Part shown: one piece after another, positions 23,567-37,082 of the stretch | Numbering within the stretch: the first letter of the stretch is position 1 | Layout: every line of letters begins with the position of its first letter | DNA from: Schmidtea polychroa | Taxonomy: Eukaryota | Reading direction: 5' to 3' | Length of the DNA stretch: 64,000 bases | NCBI GenBank assembly: GCA_044892525.1 | Contig: CM097885.1 | Span: 38,938,001 to 39,002,000, forward strand | The notes under the pieces: model-generated | The model's database searches: none | What the model was told of the DNA's origin: nothing | The model's input: the letters and a program-made list of their open reading frames with translations, nothing else | Made by a program: the position numbers and the translations under genes

Positions 23567-26324
23567 TCAATATTAGGGTGTCACTTAAAATTGAAGGTGT
23601 AAAATGTTCACCTCTCACCCTTTAGATCATTTCCTTTGATTATTAAATCGGCTCTGGTAAAGATGTATTGGAATATGTTAGTATTTAGAGGTAATTCACG
23701 GCTGTTGAAGTTTCACCATTAGACTTTTTAGAGTCTGAACTAAAAACTATCCTTTCACAATCTTCTATTTCTCTATTTAATTAAACACAAATATGATCTC
23801 CCTTCACCACTCCCTTTTCTATACATTGCTCCAAACCAAGCAGGATGCGAACTGTTCGCTCACTTACACGATGAGAATGTTCGCTACCTAAAATAGCATT
23901 TGAAATTCTTGAATGGTAATGGATAAACTTATTTCTTAACGTTTTGAAATTTTTCATCTTGAATTATCGAATTATTACCGAGAAATCCTCGCGCCAATTC
24001 GCCAATTATTGTCAGTTTTCGAGCAAGATAATACCGATCTTCTTTTAAATTGAAACCTATAGTACCAATGTTCGAGATTTCTGATTTTATTCTTTCAAAA
24101 TTCATAGGATAATAAAATTGGTTAACAAAATCAACGATGTGCCCATGTGACTCTGAGGAAGTTCCGATTCAATTGTTAATTCATTTTCTGAGAAAACAGA
24201 TTCTCCAAAAATAAAAATGTAATTTAATAACGTTCTAAGTTGTAACAAATCTTCCCGCAGTTCGTCGGAGTTGCTGTCAATGTATGTTAAACATGGAGCA
24301 ACTTGATCTTCGTCAGAAATTGATTCAAGGACATGCTTGATTTGACTTAGAATTTCGAAATTGATTCCGTTTACCTTTATGGAGCAATTATAGTGGCGTA
24401 TGACGTACCCATATTTGTTTCGAATTTTGTTACTCACTTAGTTTATTTTTTCTAACATATTTATGACTTCTTATATATGTTGTAATTGAATGAAGTCTTG
24501 TTTCCTCATTTCTTTATTCTGAGATTGGACTTATTTCACATCAAAGTCATAAACCGCTGTGTTCAGCTGTAGAAATCGAATCAAGCATGTCAAAAGTTTG
24601 GTTTTTCAAGGAGGAATCGAGTTTATTTTCAAAGATTCCATGAAATTGAATATAAGATTCTCGTGCATCGAGAATCGGTTGATTCATTTCATGTCGGATA
24701 GATTTGTTTGTTGGATTTTGCTTAATTTGCGTGAAATGAATTATTATAAGGTCTCATTTTTAGGATCCCGGATATTTTCTATAATTTCAAATTTTGTGAC
24801 AGATGCAAACCTGTTTGACATGTCCTTAGGTTATCTTTGTTCTTGTTAATATTGTTGGGGTAGAACTGATTCGAAGCGCAAGTGATTGAAAGGTGACTGA
24901 AAGACGTTGGCACATAACACGTAGTCATAACATCAAGTCGAGTTAAACTCAAACACGTCCAAACATCAGTTAAACAAATATATAGATTCATTCAACACAA
25001 AAATAAACTAATATGAAACAAAAGCAAGAAATATTGCATGAAATCCGCTCAAACACAACATAGATACATAACAAAAGTAGGCAAATTTGAATTATTGGCT
25101 ATAAGGATAGATAGGAATTGAAATTAGAAAGACTTCCACTAAACAACATCAGAAAATAAAGTAGGGATAAAGTATTTACAATAGAAATAAATAAAAAACT
25201 AGAATATCATATAAAAATGGTGAAATCCATCATGGCCGCAAAGTAGGTAGTAGGAATTAACTAAAAGATGAAAATTTAAGAAATAAATTAACAACAACTA
25301 ACCTGAAATAACATAGGAATTTAAATAAATAGGAATTAGTTAAAATCTCTGAAATAACATAGAATATTTTAGAAAAGCCCATATCCATCAAGGTGGCGAA
25401 TTTAATTAAAAATAAATAGAATATATAAAAATTAGAAAACAAAATAATGAACTACAAAAAATCGCCACCAAAATTGAAAAAAATTAAGATTCAAAATTGA
25501 GTAGAATTAAAATAATTCAAATTTGTTTTACTGAATTAATGCACCCACACATGCTCGCATACCAAAATTAAGATATATAAACCGAGGTTTTCAGTCATAA
25601 CTTAATAGGTTTGTGATTTTCGGTGAATTTTAGTCACGATTTAATTTTATGCTCTTGGAATGTAAGGAATTTTTCTTGTTTAGTTTTAATGTTTAGTTTT
25701 AATAAATGTAGGCAGAGATCTTAATTTTTGTTTTGTTTTTGAAGGAAAGAATATGAGATCACTTTCTAGGTTTAAAATCGACTATTGTTTGTTTTCCGGC
25801 TCACAGCCACCAAAATACGCTGCAAGTCAGCAACATAAAGACATATTTGCATTAACAATACCGTTTATCTGTATACTTTCTGTGACCCGTGTGGACGACG
25901 ACTAGTAACTGGCGTTATCTACATGGGATACCCTTAGGTATCTCTGTGCTATGTTGGTAGTTACCGCGGCGGTTAAAATCCATATAGGCAGATCGAAAAT
26001 TACGAAAAACATTTGGTTTGTTCGTGGTTCCAAGGTCTGAATACACAACATTAGGTGTTCATCATGCTGGAGTCCAGTGAGTCGTGTGGGTTGGACAATT
26101 TTTTATTTTTCTCAGTAATGTAATAGATCTATAGCGCATATAGACAACATAACTAACTTTACATCTAATCTTTACCCATAGCTCATTTCCCTAATGTCTA
26201 GTGGGCTATGGGTAAGAAGCATTTAAACTATTCTAAACTCTAATTCCTAACAGAACACAATAGAAACATCATAGTGATACCAATACTGTAAATCGATGTC
26301 ACAGGTCAGACCAACATGCTGAAA

Positions 26325-26530
26325 TGAATAAAATAAAGGCAAATTACGGTCAAAATTTTCAAAACATCAATTTTGGCTTCAACTTTAAGGAAATACATGA
26401 ATAAAATAAAGTCGTATTCCTGCCAAAATCTCAAAGGTCAATTTTTACTTCAACTCTAAGGAAATATATAGATAAAATAAGGACAGATTCCTGCCAAATT
26501 TTCAAAAGTCAATTATAACTTTAAATTTAA
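26325..26530. repeat. About 70-bp degenerate tandem repeat, about 3 copies
   Basis: Recurring ataaaataa(a/g)g...caaa..t.caaa...caatt...cttcaact.taaggaaata. Confidence 0.65.
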
Positions 26531-27149
26531 GCCCGTGAATACATTTGCATGCTCAACGATTATAGTGTACAGAGATACACTCACTTCTCGCGAGTATTCC
26601 CTCATGCAACACATTACCAACGTTGATCACTCAACGGGTGTCCATTGGTTAAACAAGTCATTGAATCTTGAGTTGCATCGGAAACGACCCGAAGGGTTAA
26701 AATGTAGATTACCGACCCACTTAATATTATTTGTATTGAAAGAAGTCTTCCAAACTAGAAATGGAAATGCTAAAAATACAGAAATTAATCAAACAGCTCA
26801 TCAGAGGATAAAGTATTATAAAATTAGGAAGAGTAAGAAATGAAGCAAATGAAACTCGAATTAAGGGAAATTTATTTAAAATGAACTTTTAGAAGTTCTG
26901 AATACATCTAAAATACAAATTTCTTTAAGTACATTTCGAATGGTAGTGGAAACAAGTGGTCACTGTAAAGACAAATATGCATGATCATTTACACCGACAA
27001 ATATCATGATTGGGAAAACAAAATTCGCTGTTTGACAGAAGGAAAACAAATAGATATTATATTGTTGATTTAAATTTTATTCGGTAAAGATATTCAGAAA
27101 GCAGACAACAAATAATAAATCAAATATAGACGAGGATATAATTTATATA

Positions 27150-27600
27150 CATCATCTTGATTTGATTTTTTCTTTATAAAATTCGATAATTAATTTCATT
27201 ATATCTCTCGGTTGCTTTGACAAAGTAAATCCCATCGCTTTTATACTGCTTCGTAGAAATTCACTGTTAGATATTTGATGCATGGTGAGTCCTTCTTTCC
27301 CGGTCAGTTTAATAACAATTTCCTTCAAATTCGGACGAGTGATACGAAAGAATTTATCAATGGTTGACGTTTTTGCCTCTAATCCTGATTTCGCTGCAGT
27401 TTTTCCTCGATTTAAATGTTGGTTTTCCTTTTCGGTTAGATACATTGAATGAAGATGTTCAAGTGTTGATGTAAACCTGTTGTAGAAGAGTTTTTGCTTG
27501 ATATTTGTTTGCAGCAAATATTGCACGTCGTTGTATCCTTGTTTTCCCTTTCAAAAGACTTCCTACAATCGTGTAGTTGTTGTTTATTTGAGGAGTCTAA
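27150..27600 (-). pseudogene. hAT transposase N-terminal BED zinc-finger remnant
   Basis: CNICCKQISSKNSSTTGLHQHL frameshifting into ...IDKFF...KLTGKEGLTMHQISNSEFLR. Confidence 0.7.
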
Positions 27601-28199
27601 AATTATTAAATAATTGAAACCGACCTTAGAAAACACCATAAAGAAAACTAAACTTACTAATACGATAGTAAACAACGTTTAAAGGCAAATATAGTTTAGA
27701 AAAAAAACGTTTAATGAATTAAAAAATTCTTTTACTTATGCAGTTAATTGATTATTAATTTATTTGAACAAAAAACATGTCCGAACTAAACCAAATGTCA
27801 AAATTCACAATTATTAATACGTTAAATAAGAAAATAATGTGAATACACAAACCAGGTTTTTGTTTTATTCACGAAAAAAATATTGCTCGAGAATTCTGGA
27901 GAAATCTAGAAAAAGAATTCTCAAGAATAATTTCTAGATATAAATAAAAATATTCATAAAGATGGTTAAATTGGTCGAGGTTGTCCATTTTTGGTTCAAG
28001 ACAAGCAAATAGTGTGGCATTCAGAGCAATATTAAAAAGGCATTGTCGACTAGTTTGATTGAAATTGAAGGTAATTTATCCTTTGGAAGAAATCAAATCA
28101 TCAAAAACAGTGTAAAATTGATATTGTAAAATTTCAAGTTTCAATATAAATGCGACTAAATTACTAAATAAAGTACATGGAATCAAACTTGGAATTTAT

Positions 28200-28370
28200 T
28201 CCTAAACTAAATTTTATTATTAACTTCCGCTCCAGAATAAGTTCTTTTCTCTTTTAAACGACTAAAGAACTATATAAAACAATTCTCGAATGTCGAATGA
28301 ATGGTTTAGCAATTTTAAATATTCAAAGTTCCACTAGAAGTGATAAATGAAATGAATAAACAATCCTGAA
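28200..28370 (+). pseudogene. hAT C-terminal dimerisation-domain remnant
   Basis: SFSL..KRLKNYI...RMNGLAILNI, degenerate. Confidence 0.5.
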
Positions 28371-28919
28371 GGTTAATAATAAAATTACTTATTTTTTAAA
28401 AATTATTTTTAACTATTTTGTTACTATATTTGATGGTTAAAATTATTTATCTATTTTCATATAATATCAATATTATATTAATTTTTTTGCCCTCATAATT
28501 CTGACAATGCCACTGATCCGAAAACTTCCAAGTGTAGAGACTTGCAAGGAGAAGAATAATTTATAAATATCAGTGCTCAATGAAATTGGGGGAAATATAT
28601 TTTCTTTAATGGGGGGGCGTGAATAACGTTTATTGGAAATGACCAAACACCTGTGGAAAATCAAAAATAAATTCACAAAAATCAAACAAAAATCAATTAT
28701 AAAAAAATTTGTCAGATCATTAATCAAAATTAATAAATAAAATTAAAAAATATGCCTTCAAAATAATTGATTTTGTAAATAAATATTACAGTATTGAAGC
28801 CAATTAAATATGTGACTTTTTGTTTTACTATTTCGAATGTTTAATAGTAGCAGGAAATGATTTTGAAAAATTTAATTATGATGTGGATATGACATATAAC
28901 CATTTATAAAATAGCAGTT

Positions 28920-29213
<294 letters not shown>

Positions 29214-30109
29214 GAGAATTTTCTCTGAATTCCTAAATATTCATTTCAGTCGTTCCAAAAATATAAACACCTGCACTACATATTATCATAACTTTAAACA
29301 AACAATTATATGTGATAATTGAACATTTCGTTTATCTTAATTAGTTTTAAAAATCTAAATTTTCCCTTTTACAAATTGAATATGTTAAATAAATGAAAAC
29401 AACTTCTGGCAGTTTTCACATAAGCTTGTAAAGAATTCTTTTTTGTCACTTTATTAGAAAGTAATTTGAATTAAAATGCATAAAAATGATTGTGATGTTA
29501 ACAAGTTCAATACCATGAATACCCATAAATCAATACACTTTACGTCCCAATTAACCCTTTTAAGCTAGACATCCTATGGATATATCCCTTATTTAAAAAT
29601 CAAAACACAATCGAATTCAATCTAATTTCTTTGATTTTCCTTTCAGCTTGTTTATTCTCCTTTTTACATTATTTTATCACTGGTCCCTTTATACCAATTT
29701 TCACCATCTACTTTTGCAGTTAATCCCGCAAAGTTCAAATTGCTATTGTTGGCGTGTTCGTGAGAAAAATTCGAAGATTTAAACAAACTGATGCATTCGG
29801 TAGTCAAGGTCTATGGCTCGTTAGTTACTAAGATGACGGTGAGGACAAGATTTCACAAAACGCCACACCACTATTACTTATAACAGGGCACTCGTGAAGA
29901 TGGTTCACATTGGTGATGTGCGATGTCAGCGGAATACATGAGACAGGTGAGCTCCTGTGTTAGAACTGCTCCCTCAGGCACTTCCTGTTCGGGTTCTGGA
30001 CTGCCATTAGAAGGACTTACGTCTGCTATGCGGTATTCGCATCAAATTTGGTCATCATTATATCAGTAGACTAAGGTCCTTTATCATTTCATTCTATCAT
30101 TCGATGAGA

Positions 30110-30900
30110 TTGTCGTTCAAATGAAACAAATAACAAGACTGTACTATTCGTTGGGTTTCATTAATAACGAATAAATCACAGTCAAGCGCAGGTGAAAACA
30201 GCAAACAAATGATGAAAGTACGCAGATATCAGGATGGATGCAATGTTAAAGTGGCCTCGGCGAGGAGGTTATTTAAGCCGAAATCGATGGACACCACCTC
30301 GTCCCATGGCAAATCCACAGAGGGGAAGATTCACTCTGGTAGCTCTACTGTTGCCTGAGGAGCTACTCGAGCGTCTGCTTCAGTCTGTCTAAGGCACTTT
30401 CTCCTGGTTCTTTCGGATCGAGTCAGATGATGTGGCCTTGGACAGATCGGCGCAACTTGAGGCGCTGGCATCGGCGCTGACGAAGAAGACCGGATAATAG
30501 TGATACTGGTACGGGTGTAAACAACCCCTGGCTCCGTTGGAGTTGGGTCCTTCCGCCAGATGATTAGCGGGAAAGATGTTGGTCGCTTCCGCAATTGGAA
30601 ATTCTTGGATGTTGCTTTTTTCTTTCTTGTCAGTGCATATATATCTTGTGCAAGGCGGCGGCTTGTTCTTTAATTAGTGCCCGCTGTGTCCGACTTTCCT
30701 CTAATAAACTATCCCGGTAGTGCTCTACATGGAGGAGCTTCTTGTTTGCCTCCTTCATTTGAAGAGGGTAAACCAGATACCCTCCAAATTGTCAATTTTC
30801 CTTCGTATAAGCTGGATTTCTTCGTGACAGCGCTTGATTTCTGCATTTTTGTCTGCGCATGAGAAACACGGCTTTAGGATAGTTCTTGTAGTGGTAGGAG
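30110..30900 (-). mobile_element. GC-richer probable retroelement remnant
   Basis: Abrupt GC increase. Pro-rich stretch ending HLTRSERTRRK resembles an integrase C-terminal tail. Boundaries uncertain. Confidence 0.3.
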
Positions 30901-33138
30901 TCGTCATAAGCTATATCGATATATCAATATAAGCAAAACATCATACTTATGGAACTAATTCATTTCATAATCAAACGCTACGCGAGATACAGATATAACG
31001 CTAGCGGTAAAGCAATATAACGGATACAATACCCGACTTAAAGAATGAACCAGGTCTGGTGATGATGAAATTCGTCCTTATAGATACGTTTTTAGTGCTA
31101 CACTCATGTATTAATATGGTAATTGTTAGTTCGGGCTGCCCCCTTTTACCTAGTATTATTAGTTAGAATTTCACAACCAGTATTTTATTCTAATTCAAGG
31201 GCTTCTTAGTGTTTCCTTGATGTAATATCTTGGTGATCTATTTCAATTTAACTTAAGGTGGTGGTAGTACTACAGTTACTTTATATTAGGTGACTTTCGG
31301 GATTCACTAAGCCTACGCAACCCATCAATTAAGAAATACAAATATTTAATTTCTATTTAAATTATCAAAAATAAATTGTTGTTAACCGAAATTTTTGTAC
31401 TGTTTTGTGCACGGATTTCAACAGGCTGCCCTCATCACACATATCTGATCATTGACCATTACTGATACGCGTGGAAATTATTAAATCGCGAAACAAATTG
31501 TATAATCGAGTGTAGTATTCTGACATTGCGGTGTTCTATGTGATCAGGAATTATTGATTTCTTTGTGCTCAATGAGTTTCACAGATTCTAGAGTGGTGCC
31601 AAAAATATTGTTGACTCTGGAGATTTCTCTAGTAGTAATATTTCTACACGATGTGGCTTATAAGCATTTGGACGATCGATCGAGGTTCATCGCTTAAGGA
31701 GTTCATTTGAGCATTATACTTGGTCTAGACATATTCCTGGCACGGTTTGGAATCTCATCCCGAGTGAAAAAAGATACGGAAGTAAACCTGAAACGTGTCC
31801 GGTAGGTTTCTATTTTATAATACTTCATGAAATAAATCGAATTTTACTAAATCTTTTCATTTTTAATTTCTTAGTCATGGTTGATTCTACTTGCATTTAA
31901 AGGACAACAATCTCTTGATACTACTTTTTTCCTCAACTACTGCAGAAATTTATTTCTCTAAAAACTTCTGTGACCACTTTTCCATCTCTTCAGACACAAA
32001 CTATTTCTTCAACTGACACTATCAAAATTCTACTACTGAATACCAATACCTAACCGTCAAAATATCAGCTACTTTGACCCAGGAAGTCCCTTCGAACTAT
32101 CCACTGAATCGTGCTGATTCGGCCTTGACTACAATACCCAGTCCATAAGGTAAAAGAGCAGCGAGCCCCCTTTGTCCTTGACCAGCGTATCTCTCAAGAT
32201 GTCGGATAAAAATTCATAAACCAAAATTCATAAAATTTCAAACAATACTCATAAAATTCTCCATGTGAAATCATTATAATAATCAAAAGGTGAAAGAATA
32301 AATGAGCAAAAATATTTAATGTTATATGCAAATTGAATACATTATAATTTCGATTTATAAAAATTTACAATCCATAATACAGAAAAATTAACGAAAATTT
32401 TCCAAATATCGAATTAACTGGGCTACAAAATGTTATCAAATTAAAGTTGAATATGCTGTGGCTAATTGAAGTTGAACAAATAAGATCATCATATACAGTA
32501 AGAAACAATTTTACCTATTGAAGTTGAAAAAATGAGATGAAAAAGACTGCTGATATACTTTTTTGGGTTATGAACCAGCCAATCAGGATCGATTAGTATG
32601 TTTAGTATATTTATTTTTAGATATTTTATTTTATTATTAGAACGTTTTAATTGGTTAAAGTTTTTTCTACTTTAATTAACTAATTTATATTTTTATTATA
32701 TTTTTAATTTCGGATCCTGATTGCTTGATTAATCGCGTTCAATCGCCATCTTTGTTTGAGGCGTTTCTGTATTTTATTGTTTTTTTTCGCGATTATTTTG
32801 TTTTAATGCTCCTAAGATATGGTTCTTGTGCTGCTTTTTGTAACTTTTCATTTTATTACTTTTATTTTTATTTAATTTCTCTTATATTATGTTTTATTTT
32901 GTTTTAATTGGTGTTTTATTATTATTTTATTTCACTCTGTGCTTTTTCTTTGTTATCTTCCCACTCTCAGCTGACTTTTTATCCTCATAAATTTCAGTAA
33001 TTAAAACAAAACCTATTCTCCACAATAAAATTAAAACAAATATTTATTTTAACCCAACACTATCCATAAAATATTGGGTTTAACTTCATCAATATTTTAA
33101 GGCTGAATTACGCTGACATGAGACATTGATAGATTAGA

Positions 33139-35247
33139 TTAAACTTGACGGTGAAGCAGCATGAACTCAAATCGAAGTTTTAGCGTATAAAAAACTTTTG
33201 AGATCGACAATAAGCCAGGACCGTTTGAATGGCCGTGCATTGGCTCTGAATTAGGTGAGTGTTGGATATCTGACATGTGTTTATTGCGTTCTATCGTGTC
33301 AGTAGATTGGATAAAGCTGAGTTGGGTCGTTGGAGATGTCTGTGTAGAGATTGATGTTCTGTTTGGTGATACATTTGTGGATATAGGATTGAGATGTCTG
33401 TTTATAGTTAATAGTCGTCGATTTTTCCAGTCTATCATGAGGGATTGTTCGCTGAGGAAATTGGAGCCTAGTATTGGATGAATTGTGTCTGCTATGTGGA
33501 AATTGTGACTGAAAGTTGAGTTCAAAGTCGATGACTTGAATGAAAGTTTTTTGATCCCAAAAATTGTATCGGTGTGCCGTTGGCAGCCAATACGGTGAAG
33601 GGATATTTGAGATCTGGAGTTATAGTGGTTGGGGGGATCGAAAATGATGATTCGGAGTCGACGAGGAAGTGAATTGATGAGCTGGAATTGAAAGTTGCTT
33701 CAACTGTAAAGATGTTGTTAATCGCAAAGGCACCGCCTGAAAATCCAGGGTTTACAGACGGTGAAGTTAGTTTTTTGGGGGGAATTGGAGTAGTTTTTGT
33801 CGTATTGTGGTTCGTTTGAATGACTATTCACAAAAGTACAGCCTGGAAGGCATTTCTGTGCATGTAACCCGAAGAGATTGTGGTAAATGTAGATGGGAGG
33901 GTTTGCCAAGAACATCCTATGTGACATGTTCTAGCGTCCGATGAAAACTTTTTGTGAACAAAACAAGTCAGAGGTGAAAAAGAGTTTGACCTGTCAGTTC
34001 TTTGGGAGTATGGAATTTGTCGAGGGGGGTTAGTTAACGTGGCGACAGCATTTGTCAAGAGGATATCTGTTCTTGAAGCGAGGGGTCGGAGACGGATGAG
34101 ATGGATGTGGGTGTGTTACGAATAGGTGGTCTGATGATCAGTTTATCAGCGATTTTTGCCAGGTGGAAAGGATCGTCTGAATCGACGACGAGTAGGGAGG
34201 TTTGGACATGATGTGAGAGCGCTGTTAAAAAATAGTGGCATAGCTAGCAGTGTTCTTTGATAGACCGGTATGAGCGTTTTCTAGTTCTCGTACGAGTTGG
34301 GATAAAAATGATGATGGTGCTTGACCTACGTATGGAGTGGGTTTTGATAGTTTCTCGATTGATGAAGTGATTGTGGGTAAGTATTTCTTATGTATCGCTG
34401 TTTTGATGGACTCGTAAGGGTTTTCGGAGTCTAATGCGTCAGCAATTTGTGAACCTAATTCTTACATTAATTCGTCAGGTATCGCGTCTAACAAGAGGTC
34501 TTGTCTAGATTTGGGGTTGGCCTTTGTGCGCGACTCAAAAGTGCGGAACCAAGATGATGGGGTGCCGTCTGAGTCTAAAAATATTAATTGGGTTTACCGA
34601 TGGGCGTGGATGAGTGATGTTCAATGTTTGTTTTGGCGCCACCTCTTGCCTTGAAAAAACGTGTGACGATTGATTGTTCCGGGATTGAAAAAGGGTCGAT
34701 GATGGGAACTCCGTTATTTAAAGTGAAAAACTCGTTCTCGTCTATTAAAAAATGTTTCGATAGGTCTTTGATAAAATTTTGGGTTACACAGACTTGGAAC
34801 AAGATGTTATTGTGACGGACAGTAATGTTGCGCGTTTTCTTATTAATTAAAGTTGGGTTTTTGGGTTTGGGAGATTGGTGGAAAAAGAAAAATATATCAA
34901 CATAATAATTGAACATTTTTAATACATTATTTATAAATTCATTAAAGGAAAATGTATTAATAAAAGTCTTAAGGACTATTATAAATGTAATTTTTAAAGA
35001 AAGAAGAAATGTTTTTAAAGAAAGAATAACATTTACCTTTGACACCAATTGTAGAGACATACGATTAACTTGAACAAATAATTTATTGTTATTAACATTG
35101 TCGAAGAACTTGAACATCACTAGAGATATCATTGTGAATACGATGAAGGTTTCTGTTTCCTGTATTTCTGACATATTTGTTCCATTGATTTTGACTCGAT
35201 TTGATGATTCTTCAACTTCTTCAACTTGTTCGACTTCAGACTTCAGT
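33139..35247 (-). pseudogene. Gypsy-like gag-protease pseudogene with N-terminal extension (hydrophobic region plus ubiquitin-like domain)
   Basis: Gag PSSWFRTFE...LLLDAIPDEL...NPYESIK (about 34390-34560), CFVHKKF...ARTC..GCSW knuckle, protease FLVDSESSFS (about 33640-33668) and FHIADTIHPILGSNFL. Frameshifts and stops. The frame is open up to the hAT insertion at 35248. Confidence 0.8.
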
Positions 35248-35515
35248 CAGGGATTGCAAATTTCGAGGAAAATAAAAAAATCGGAATTCGAAATTCGCAA
35301 GTTAAATATTTCGGAATTCTATCGAATTCCGAAATATTGTTAATTTTTAAAGTCTATAAAAATAATAAAAATAACTTATTTGATATAATTTATTGTTATT
35401 TATTGCATAATATTACTTTTTTTAAAATAAAAATGGAACATAAAATTATATCATTCAAAATGAAATATAAACATAAATGTATTGTGCAAAAATTCAATTA
35501 TTACATAACAATATA
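35248..35515 (-). mobile_element. hAT element end, probably the 3' end of the element whose transposase lies at 48185-49237
   Basis: CAGGGATTGCA terminus followed by clustered GAATTC(G/C) subterminal repeats. Cuts the upstream Gypsy ORF. Confidence 0.6.
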
Positions 35516-36261
35516 AGTAGGGTATTGTGTGGACCCGGGAACAAAGACATATGACGTCATCGATGACGTCACAAAGACATATTACGTCATACTCCCGGGG
35601 GGATTTTTTTTAAAATTTTTTTTTAAAAAATTTTTTTTTTTTAAAATTTTTAAAAAAAATTTTTTTTTTAATTTATATTACGTTGCGGTATTTTAAAATT
35701 TATATTACGTTGCGGTATTTTAAAATTTATATTACGTTGCGGTATTTTAAATTTTATATTACGTTGCGGTATTTTAAAATTTATTATATTTTAATTATTA
35801 AATATATTGCGTTGCGGTATTTTAAAAACTTATTGATAAAAGTTTAATAAAATAAAATTATTATTACACACACACAATATAGTCTACCCGACAAAATATT
35901 CTGTTCCCCTATGGTCATACACACACACACAATGTATAAAAATATTATTAGTGTCAACACACGCAACAAGTTAGTGTTCTCATTGATATATTATTAATCT
36001 ATATACTCCGAGTCTATCCGACAAAATATTCTGTCCCCCTATGGGTACTGCTCACAAGGGTACTGCTCACACTCAACATGTCACATGAGTATTGCTAGCA
36101 AGGGTACTGGTCACACTCAACAAGTCACATGGGTACTGTTCACAAAGTTACTACTAAAAATAATCAAGACAAAACTTTAACAAAGAAATTCTAAATATTA
36201 TTCTTTAAATATACGCTCAACTCATATAATTAGTGGTGTGCTCACTACAACATACATTTCA

Positions 36262-36336
<75 letters not shown>

Positions 36337-36414
36337 CATTATTAATAATATTATTATTACAAATATTAGTCAAAAACATAAAATATTTTTACACTCACAC
36401 TCAATATGTCGTAA

Positions 36415-36459
<45 letters not shown>

Positions 36460-36821
36460 TATTATTACGCGCACGGGGAATATTATTATCATATATACTC
36501 TTAATCTATCCGACAAAATATTCTATCCCTCTATGGGTATTGCTCATATGGGTAATGGTCAAAGGTGTACTACTCACATTCAACATGTCTCAAAGGGTAT
36601 AATATAATTATTATTAAATTCTGACCAACTTAAATCAATGAAGGGGTAGAACAAAAATATATTAAGTTGCGGTATTTTAAATTTAAAAATATTTTAAAAA
36701 CTTATTTTGACACTAAAGTTTACTTAATTAACAAAGACATAATTATTGCACATGCTTTGCATAAATATTATTATTTTTTAAATTTTCAATATTTTCTTTT
36801 AAAGTATTAACACGCGCGGGA

Positions 36822-36854
<33 letters not shown>

Positions 36855-37028
36855 GTTAATGAAAAATCTAAAATATGGTTTACACACACAACCCCTCAAC
36901 CATTATTATTATTATCAATATTAAAAACCTAAAATATGGTTTACACACACACAACCCATTAAACTTTATTATTATTAAAGCAAATATTAGTGAAAAACCT
37001 AAAATATTTTTTACACGACCAATTAAAC

Positions 37029-37082
<54 letters not shown>

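Noticed and set aside
23574..25940. Degenerate DNA transposon starting TAGGGTGTCAC
   Set aside because: There are only faint transposase-like traces and no convincing matching end or TSD.
32561..33059. 3' or solo LTR next to the UBL-Gypsy (TTTTGGGTTA...TAACCCAACA)
   Set aside because: The left end is not TG, and I found no TSD or PPT, so it is not supportable.
36001..36150. Conserved module as a hammerhead or HDV ribozyme
   Set aside because: No CUGANGA/GAAA core or nested pseudoknot was evident on either strand.
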